A DNA stretch of 64,000 nt from Podarcis muralis (lineage: Eukaryota): positions 85,312,001 through 85,376,000 of the forward strand of contig NC_135662.1 of the NCBI RefSeq assembly GCF_964188315.1, in the 5' to 3' direction. Position numbers and translations under genes: made by a program. This document shows positions 56,521 through 64,000 of this stretch, piece after piece. The notes under the pieces are model-generated. The model ran no database searches and was not told where the DNA came from. It was given only the letters and a program-made list of their open reading frames with translations. The first letter of the stretch is position 1, and every line of letters starts with the position of its first letter.

Positions 56521-58676
56521 ATGTACACTGCTTTTTCTAAAAAAAAATATGTTTAGGGGTACTCTCATTTTGACTCAAGAAAATCACCATTGTACAGTTC
56601 AAGTCGGGGGAAATAAATACAGTAAATGGACAAAAGTACAAAGAACATGCATCATTACCTCATACAGTGGTACCTCGGGTTACATACGCTTCAGGTTACA
56701 GACTCCGCTAACCCAGAAATAGTACCTCGGGTTAAGAACTTTGCTTCAGGATGAGAACAGAAATCGTGTTCCAGCGGCGCGGCAGCAGCAGGAGGCCCCA
56801 TTAGCTAAAGTGGTGCTTCGGGTTAAGAACAGTTTCAGGTTAAGAACGGACCTCCAGAACAAATAACCCGAGGTACCACTGTATCATTCTTTCTTTTTGT
56901 CTTTTGTACCTGTCACTGGAGAATACAGTGGTGCCTCGGGTTACATACGCTTCAGGTTACATGCTCCGCTAACCCAGAAATAGTACCTCGGTTTAAGAAC
57001 TTTGCCCCAGGATGAGAGCAGAAATCGCGTGGCAGCAATGAGAGGCCCCATTAGCTAAAGTGGTGCTTCAGGTTAAGAACATTTTCAGGTTAAGAACGGA
57101 CCTCCGAAATGAATTAAGTACTTAACCTGAGGTACCACTGTATTACACAGCTGACAGCTCACAGTAATTTTCCTACTCATATTGAAATGCTGCCCCTCAG
57201 TGAGGCCAAACTTCCATTAATAAAACTCCACACATCCACATTCTACACTGCTTCATACATTAAACACTCACTTCCGTCTGAGACTCAGGAAATGAGGCCG
57301 CCGTTGGGGGGTAGCAACAGATTCACTGCACTAGAGAATATTTAATATTTTTAGTTTCTTCTCCTGTTAGATTGGCAAAATGTTTAGGGGTATGCTTACC
57401 CCTGCGTCTCCCCAGAAAAAAGCACTGCACAGGTTTAGCATATACACGCACATCACAACAAACCGAGAAGGAACCCCGAAATGTTGTAAAGATGTCACTG
57501 GAAAATCTCTCAAAGGGTGGGACAGGGTGTCTGCGGTCTTTTCCAGTGAGTTTTCAATCGTACGCAATTTCACCAGTGTGTGTGGTGCCTCGGAACCCGT
57601 GCTATTTTCCCTAGAAAAAGAGGTACCAGAACTCACCATGAACACCTCCCTCCTTCTCTTAGCATGGCAGTGGCACCCACTTGACAAAAAGCCCTGCTCC
57701 AAACGTAACCCCCACACAAATGGGAGATGGGGGGGGGGGCTGCCTGGACTGCCAAGTAGTCATGAGAATATTCCCTGGATTTCTGTCCAAAAGCCTGGAG
57801 GGGTAGAAGTAGGAAATTCTCCTATATAGCCAGATATTTTTTACACACGCACACATACACTTGCTATGAAGCCGTTTAATATGTTTCTTTTCAAAAAGGT
57901 GTATAGGAGCTGGAGAGAAAAGGAAGCAAAAATGAACAGAGGTATTTGACACTTTGCATAGAGGAGAAATTGCATCTGCTGTTGCTGCCCTTTCCCCCAA
58001 TTCAACCATTCCTTCTTCCATGTTATCTTTGCACTTTGTAACATAAATTTCCCCCAGCATTTTATGCCCCAGTGTTTCATATAGCCACAGAAGGCCTCTG
58101 ATTATTGGTTTGTGATATAGTGATCTTCAGGTAATGACCCTTTTCTTTATGATTTGCAGATGGCTCAGTCCTGTATTGGAATGAGGATGTATACTTCCTA
58201 CAGTTAGCAAAACCTTTGAAGTTACTTTTGCAACAGTATGATTGCGTTGTAAGATTCACAGTTGGCCTTAATTTCCTATAGCAGTACCTTTACACTTTCT
58301 CAAGTTTTTGAACAGTAGATTATTAAGAGATATATAGGAGAAGGGGGCGACAGAGGACGAGATGGTTGGATAGTGTTTTCGAGGTTACCAGCATGAGTTT
58401 GACCAAACTGCGGGAAGTAGTGGAGGACAGAGGTGCCTGGCGTGCTCTGGTCCATGGGGTCACGAAGAGTTGGACACGACTAAACGACTAAACAACAACA
58501 ACCATAATATGATGAGATTTCTCTTTCAGAGGCTACGTGAAGGAGTGCTGAGAGACTTTGAGAGGCAGCATCGTAAGCAAGAAAATCTTCGCATTTTGGA
58601 GCAACAGATTGCTTTGACTGAGCAACTTGAAATGGAAAGAAGCAAAATGCTCATGGGAAAAGAATCCTCACAGTAA
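56190..58676 (+). CDS. PET117: Cytochrome c oxidase assembly factor PET117, 2 exons, 80 aa
   Basis: Exon 1 56190-56285 (MSTVSKAVLAASVAVSGAVVAGVHLQQSRVRE, donor GAG|gtagg); exon 2 58530-58676 (RLREGVLRDFERQHRKQENLRILEQQIALTEQLE). Matches PET117 and synteny. Confidence 0.93.
56665..57140. mobile_element. Two tandem Tc1/mariner-pogo MITEs (56665-56881 and 56926-57140)
   Basis: Each has CAGTGGT(A/G)CCTC TIRs and TA TSD; 44 bp apart in the PET117 intron. Confidence 0.85.
58337..58500 (+). mobile_element. RTE-BovB 3' end, about 30 bp upstream of the PET117 exon 2 acceptor
   Basis: Homologous to 31495-31648. Confidence 0.85.
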
Positions 58677-58795
58677 GGGCCGGGAAGAGTTGGGATCTCC
58701 CTTTTCATTTCAGTTATTTAAATGTCTTCGTATTTGTTGGAACAGTCTTTGTTTTGCTGGGCTTCTCACATAATAAAAGTGACTGTCAATTCACA

Positions 58796-59051
58796 ATGGA
58801 TACTAATGTGTACATGAGCGAGATGATGAGCCGTCATGATGATGAAGCCACAAGGACATCGCCTTCAGAAGGGCTGGAAGAAGGAGAAGTGGAAGGAGAG
58901 ACTCTTCTCATAGTAGAGTCTGAAGATCAGGCATCCGTGGATTTGAGTCATGATCAGAGTGGAGACTCTATAAATAGTGATGAAGGGGACACATCCTGGA
59001 CAGAAGAGATGTCTTATTACTGTGAAAGATGTCAGAAATGGATACCAGCAA
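58796..59051 (+). CDS. KAT14: Lysine acetyltransferase 14 (CSRP2BP), first coding exon only; the gene continues beyond the window
   Basis: MDTNVYMSEMMSRHDDEATRTSPSEGLEEGEVEGETLLIVESEDQASVDLSHDQSGDS...YCERCQKWIPA matches the KAT14 N-terminus; donor A|gtaagg at 59051. No further KAT14 exon was recognised before 64000. Confidence 0.93.
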
Positions 59052-59867
59052 GTAAGGCTTCCTAATTCTTGGTTATTTTAAATAATAAAAATGTGTCCTT
59101 TGTTTTGCCCTTCTGACCTCAAGGCCTTGGTCAGGAAGACCTACAAGATTGTGACCCTTGCTAAGCTGGGCCTTCAGGAAGCAGATCAGACGAAAGCCAG
59201 TTGAAAGCACATCCTTCCCAAGGCACAAACCTAGCAAAAGGGGATTCCTTTTTCCACATGACTTGTAGTCCACAATTATGAGTGAGTGGCAGACCTCAGA
59301 AGCTTCCTGGGCCTCCTGCTTGCTGGTAAATCAGCTATGCCCCTTTCAGAAGAAAGAATGGGCGGATGCCCCATTCCTCTTTTTAAAACATGGGGAGGAT
59401 TTCCCGAAGAACCCCATTGACAGGAAGCCAGAGATCATGCTGCGCAGGACCCACAAGCCTTAGCCATTAGAACCTTTATGGCAGCTTCCTTCATGGCGAG
59501 TGTGTGCCTCCTCTAAGCTCAGCCCCTTCTGCTGGATGTTGCCCATAGCACCACCCATAAGCACTAGGGACTATGAAAACTAGTTAGCCTGTGCCTACAC
59601 AGAGATGCAACTGCATATGCTCTTCAGTTTTCAGCCCTAGCCGAGTCCACTGGCATGTGGACTTCAAGGCCAAGGCTAGCCTCTTCAGTGATCCCTTTAG
59701 AAGGGGCTAGACTAGCCTCTTAGGGAATGGCTGGATGGCGTTCACAAGAACTACATAAAAGCTATAGATAAGATTTTTTTTTCTATTTGAGAAAAAAAAA
59801 TCTGCATGCACAATTCTTAAGATTTCAAAAGGAATTGCACTTATGATACATCACATATATCACATAT

Positions 59868-60235
59868 TGTCGAGAAACCAGCTCGACATCAGTAAGAAAA
59901 TCAGTAAGAAATCAGTCTCACACCAAGATGACTTGAAGAAAAAGCTTTGGCTTCAGCCGTGCCATGTTTATTGTGTGCAGTAAAAAATAAATCATCCTCT
60001 CTCCTCCAGCACTGAGCTTGCTCTGCCTGGTACTCCAAGGTACCAAATCAAAGGAATGTAACCTTGCTTTTGCCCACAGACAAAGAGAGTGTTATGCTAC
60101 GTGAGCCAATCATTAGTCTAGCATGAGGTGTTCACGTGCTCATCATGCTCTTAGCAATATCTCGTGCTGTAAAATCACTCTGCAATAATAAGAACTCTGC
60201 TCATGCTCTTATGTACAAGCAATCATTTTCCCACA
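59868..60235 (-). repeat. ERV 3' LTR (368 bp)
   Basis: Direct repeat of 63536-63903. Viral-sense AATAAA at 59967-59972, CCAAT at 60106-60110; preceded on the viral strand by a PPT. Confidence 0.96.
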
Positions 60236-60249
60236 TGCCCTCTTTTCTT
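60236..60249 (-). promoter_or_regulatory. Polypurine tract
   Basis: Viral strand AAGAAAAGAGGGCA immediately before the TG of the 3' LTR. Confidence 0.85.
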
Positions 60250-60296
60250 GTTTATATTATAAGAGGGACCATTAGTCAGAATCGCATTCCCATTAC

Positions 60297-61200
60297 CTAA
60301 GCATTTATATTTTGCAACATAAATTCCCCTTGTAATCCCTGTGGTGGGCCTTGGTCGAAACCACCATGCAATATATTGGGAAATAAAAAAAAAGCAAGTA
60401 TTGAATACATAATAAAACCAACAATACATGCAATTACAATCAATAATATTTTTCTTAACCATACTCCATTAGGTAACCAAAAAAATAACCAATCCCATGG
60501 ATCAAAACCTTCAGGTGGATTCAAAGGATTATGGGTTATCATTTGTTCCATATAATCAATAGTAGCGGAGATATTGGTTGATTGATCAGTTATATACATG
60601 CAACAATGAAAATGAATTAAGGCATAAATTCCACCTTTAGAGGCAAGGATTACATTTAAAGCATAAAAATTTTATAAAGCAACTTCTCTCATTTCTGACC
60701 TTTTTTTTGTTTTTTGTTGATTATTTTTAAAACAAAGATGGTAGAATTAAAAACAAAGCTTCGGTCCAATTTGCCACAGAATAACCATAAATCAGATTGA
60801 AGTAAATATGCAGATTTACTGCTCTTTCTCATCCAGTCCAACCAAACATAAAAATCTCTACACGCAGCTTGTTGTTCATAGGTCATGTAGGTTGTGACAT
60901 TATCAACTGAGGCTTTTGGCCTATCACTCATAGTGGTAATAAAAAAAAAAAAAAACAAAAAGCAAAAAAAATCCATCAAAATACTCATAGGTCCAATTAC
61001 AATATGGATAATGACCTAAAAAGTTATTGCTATTATGATTAAAACGAAAACAATAAGACACTGTTTCTGCAAGCGATAAAAACACAGGCGATAAACATAT
61101 ACGATTGTCCTTTATATTATTGCTAATCTTATATGAAGCATTTACTGGAATGCTAGAATACCACCACCAAAAAAGGCTCAAAGCTTCGAGAAGCTTTTTA
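60297..61200 (-). pseudogene. env: Degenerate env (SU remnants plus gamma-type TM C-terminus)
   Basis: My translation of 60695 down to 60597 is EMREVAL*NFYALNVILASKGGIYALIHFHCCM, a decayed immunosuppressive domain plus CX6CC. It continues into ORF 60297-60599 with a membrane-proximal WDWLFFWLP and a hydrophobic anchor. The SU assignment is tentative. Confidence 0.75.
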
Positions 61201-61879
61201 AAATCATTTTTCTCAGCAGCTAAAAGGCACTAGCCAAGCATATTTCGCTTCAAGCATATTCCGCTTGCTGTAACTAAAAAGATTGCAACAAGGTCGAGAA
61301 CAGAGCCCATTGTATTCGCAGGTCTTGTTAAAAAAAACCATGTTGCAACTTGCTTTCTGTCCGGGAACCATGCCAAAGCACAAGAATGAAACAACTGGAA
61401 CACACTGAAATCCCTTCACCCCCTCCCTTGCCAAGAGTCCACAATAGTTCCAAGACAGCCCTCTGTACATGCTCAGGGGAATACATCATAAGGCAGGACT
61501 CCTGAGGGAGGAGAAAAAAAGAAGTGATCTGGGGGGTAAAATCCAAGTGATGTCAATAAGGATGAGAATGGTAAATTAGTCCAATGGCCACTTCCGAGCA
61601 ACCTGTGTGATATTTCGTGGCTCGATTATTGGCATGTAAAAACCACAATCCAGAAGAAGTCACACAACCATTTCTGCAGATACAGGAGCCCATTTGCTGT
61701 AAATAAGTCTGATGTATTGCTCCTTGTACTGCTGAGTCAAAAGTCCAAGCCCAATGAAGCGTGATGACACAGATGGGATGGTCGCTATTAGGAGGCAGCA
61801 AAACTGTAATGATGTTTGGTGGTTGAAGTGGCTTCCCAGGGAAAAGGGGGGCCAATGCAGTAGGGATGAAGATGGCCTT

Positions 61880-62192
61880 TCAGCGTGCCAGGAAACACTG
61901 GAACAGCTGTGGAAGAGCCTCTTCCATTGCAGAGGTGATTGTGATCTTGTCTGCTGGATCCTTATGTCCTTTAAGGGCAGAAAATAGTGGAGACAAAGTG
62001 GAGGTGGGCAGGTCCAAATAACTCTTTATCCAATTCAGCTGTCCAAGAATTTGTTGTAAATCCACCAGTTTAAGATGATGAGGAAACTGTAGTTGAGGCG
62101 TAACTGGAATGGCAGCAGATGCTGTCAGCTTGTGTCCCAGGTACATAATGGGTAAAGTCCGCTGGATTTTTTCCTTAGCCACTGTCAATCCA
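61880..62192 (-). pseudogene. pol: Retroviral RT fragment (post-YXDD palm/thumb), class II-like
   Basis: LTVAKEKIQ..YLG..LKLVDLQQILGQLNWIKSYL..LSPLFSALKG resembles betaretroviral KIQ...YLG...LNDFQKLLGDINWIRP. Joined directly to truncated NC; protease, RT N-terminus and integrase not recognised. Confidence 0.85.
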
Positions 62193-63290
62193 ACAGGTTT
62201 TATCCTTTGCAGGATTTTGGGACACGGCGGAGGACAGAGCCGTGGCTAGCAAGCGAGCTTTATGCATCTCAGTGCCCACTGACTGGCAGGCTTTAAGCAT
62301 GTCTGCAATGGCTATATTTGATGTTGCCATCAAAGGGCGCAGCACTTGCTTACAGTCCTCATGTGCATGATAAAACGCAAGCTGGCAAACAATCGCTTCT
62401 TGTGCTGCCAGGTCCTGAACTTGCCACTTGAAGGTATTGTACAAGCGATCAACAAATTGTCCATAGGGCTTTGCAGGGCCCTGTCTGATGCTGCCCCATC
62501 GGCCATTGCGCTCATTTTTTTCATCAGGCACGGCGGACAGGGCCTCCTGAGCAGCAGCGGTGGTGGCTGCCCAATACATAGGATCAAGGGCCAACTGTTG
62601 GGCAATAGGAAGAAAATTGCCTCCTCTCGTCAGCCCATCAAGAACATCAGTTTGGGTCAGCATGACGGGGGCTGGGGGTGCAGGAGCAATCACAGGAAAG
62701 AGATTTGGAGTATCAGAATCAAAAGGCAGCAACGGAGCAGTGGTACAAAGAGTCTCTTCTTGGAGAGGAATGGTAGAAGCGGTGCCAGGTGCCTTGGGCG
62801 GAGGAGGTGGAAGAGCGGGGGGTGCTGAATGCGAAGATTCTTGGAGAGGAGTAGTAACGGGAGGCGCAGGAAGCGAAGAATGCAGAGGAGGGACGACAGG
62901 AGCCGAAGGAGAAAAAATGTCTGCCTGTTTAGGAGGCTGATAAGACGGTGCTTCTGAAAACAGCATGAGGACTGGGAGGGGGGGCAAAGGAGCTGAAGCA
63001 GCGGCCAGGAGGAGATTTGTAGGAGTTAGGCTTGAGATAGCCTTATAAACCTTACAGCAGGCATGCAAAACTTTGACATCAATCTGAGGGTGGTTTTGGA
63101 AAAATTGTCCTATTTTTTCCCAGTCTTTTAAACTATAATTCCCATGCTGAGGAAACCAGGGACAGTGAGTATCCAAGGCTTCTATAAGCGACTTGATGTC
63201 AGCATCTGAGACGAGAAGGCTGTTGCTGGCCAAAAGAGATTTAAGGTCTTCAAAAAACTTTTTCTGTGGTGGAGAGAGAGACTGCCCCAT
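62175..63290 (-). CDS. gag: Betaretrovirus-like Gag (MA, late-domain region, internally deleted CA, NC truncated), 371 aa open frame
   Basis: MGQ myristoylation start; CPWFPQHG..LKDWEKIG matrix motif as in HERV-K/MMTV-type Gag; PSAP; MHR IRQGPAKPYGQFVDRL; ends at DKTCW, the start of a zinc knuckle. Confidence 0.9.
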   Translation of the reverse strand: MGQSLSPPQKKFFEDLKSLLASNSLLVSDADIKSLIEALDTHCPWFPQHGNYSLKDWEKIGQFFQNHPQIDVKVLHACCKVYKAISSLTPTNLLLAAASAPLPPLPVLMLFSEAPSYQPPKQADIFSPSAPVVPPLHSSLPAPPVTTPLQESSHSAPPALPPPPPKAPGTASTIPLQEETLCTTAPLLPFDSDTPNLFPVIAPAPPAPVMLTQTDVLDGLTRGGNFLPIAQQLALDPMYWAATTAAAQEALSAVPDEKNERNGRWGSIRQGPAKPYGQFVDRLYNTFKWQVQDLAAQEAIVCQLAFYHAHEDCKQVLRPLMATSNIAIADMLKACQSVGTEMHKARLLATALSSAVSQNPAKDKTCWIDSG

Positions 63291-63518
63291 AATGGCAAAA
63301 GAAAGGGGGGGGGGTTGGGAGCACTCACCAGGGATCCACTAGGTGGATGAACGACGCGTCTGCAGCCCTTGCCGGGCGAGATAAGTGCTGATAAGTCCGT
63401 AACGTAATCCAGAATCACATACACGGGGTACCAAGGGAGCACTCACCGGGATCCATAGCGGATGAAAGACGCGTGGTGAGCGCTGAACGATGAGAAACAA
63501 CGTGGAGTCCGAAGGTAG

Positions 63519-63533
63519 TCACACGGGGCACCA
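63519..63533 (-). promoter_or_regulatory. Primer binding site complementary to elongator tRNA-Met
   Basis: Viral strand TGGTGCCCCGTGTGA is the complement of the recalled vertebrate tRNA-Met(e) 3' end ...CTCACACGGGGCACCA (15 contiguous matches, 16/18 overall). Confidence 0.85.
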
Positions 63534-63535
63534 AA

Positions 63536-63903
63536 TGTCGAGAAACCAGCTCGACATCAGTAAGAAAATCAGTAAGAAATCAGTCTCACACCAAGATGAC
63601 TTGAAGAAAAAGCTTTGGCTTCAGCCGTGCCATGTTTATTGTGTGCAGTAAAAAATAAATCATCCTCTCTCCTCCAGCACTGAGCTTGCTCTGCCTGGTA
63701 CTCCAAGGTACCAAATCAAAGGAATGTAACCTTGCTTTTGCCCACAGACAAAGAGAGTGTTATGCTACGTGAGCCAATCATTAGTCTAGCATGAGGTGTT
63801 CACGTGCTCATCATGCTCTTAGCAATATCTCGTGCTGTAAAATCACTCTGCAATAATAAGAACTCTGCTCATGCTCTTATGTACAAGCAATCATTTTCCC
63901 ACA
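63536..63903 (-). repeat. ERV 5' LTR (368 bp)
   Basis: Direct repeat of 59868-60235, no difference seen on reading; PBS lies 2 nt inside it. Confidence 0.96.
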
Positions 63904-64000
63904 ACATATATATCTCCAAAATAGAGACAGATGTGCCCACCAATTGAGGTTATATGGATTTCTGTAAGAGGTGATTAACAAAGCAAAATGCAGAGTGGAT

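Larger units (their letters stand above)
59868..63903 (-). mobile_element. Endogenous retrovirus, internally deleted provirus (4,036 bp), antisense in the KAT14 intron
   Basis: Two 368-bp LTRs with TG...CA ends, TSD ACATAT (59862-59867 and 63904-63909), PBS, PPT, gag ORF, RT fragment and env remnant. Confidence 0.96.

Noticed and set aside
55880-56528. ORFs of 95-179 aa on both strands
   Set aside because: CpG island; only 56190-56285 (PET117 exon 1) is supported.
59100-59760. Possible DIRS or pseudogene fragment before the ERV
   Set aside because: No motif I could recognise; it needs a repeat-library search.
61200-61880. Integrase within the provirus
   Set aside because: No HHCC zinc finger or D,D(35)E motif in any listed frame; left unassigned.

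Overview
Vertebrate genomic DNA, most likely from a lacertid lizard (inferred from abundant Sauria SINE, BovB, L2, Tc1/mariner and hAT MITE copies). It carries the gene order known from human 20p11.23: SNX5(-), MGME1(+), OVOL2(-), PET117(+), KAT14(+). I reconstructed all coding exons of SNX5 (13 exons, 407 aa), MGME1 (4, 341 aa), OVOL2 (4, 266 aa) and PET117 (2, 80 aa) with GT-AG boundaries and consistent phase. Only the first coding exon of KAT14 lies in the window. Main non-routine signals: (1) a very young 4,036-bp internally deleted provirus antisense in the KAT14 intron, with two 368-bp LTRs in which I found no difference, a 6-bp TSD, an elongator tRNA-Met PBS plus a second PBS-like copy, betaretrovirus-like gag/RT and a gamma-type env TM remnant; (2) three minimal type I hammerhead-ribozyme motifs of the Penelope-associated kind, two in a 196-bp inverted repeat in the last MGME1 intron and a third with a compensatory stem I change; (3) an L2 ORF2 remnant in frame with OVOL2 exon 2; (4) a PET117/KAT14 shared exon with an internal candidate acceptor and AATAAA. 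Repeat family names come from recognition, not a database search, and many repeat boundaries are approximate.
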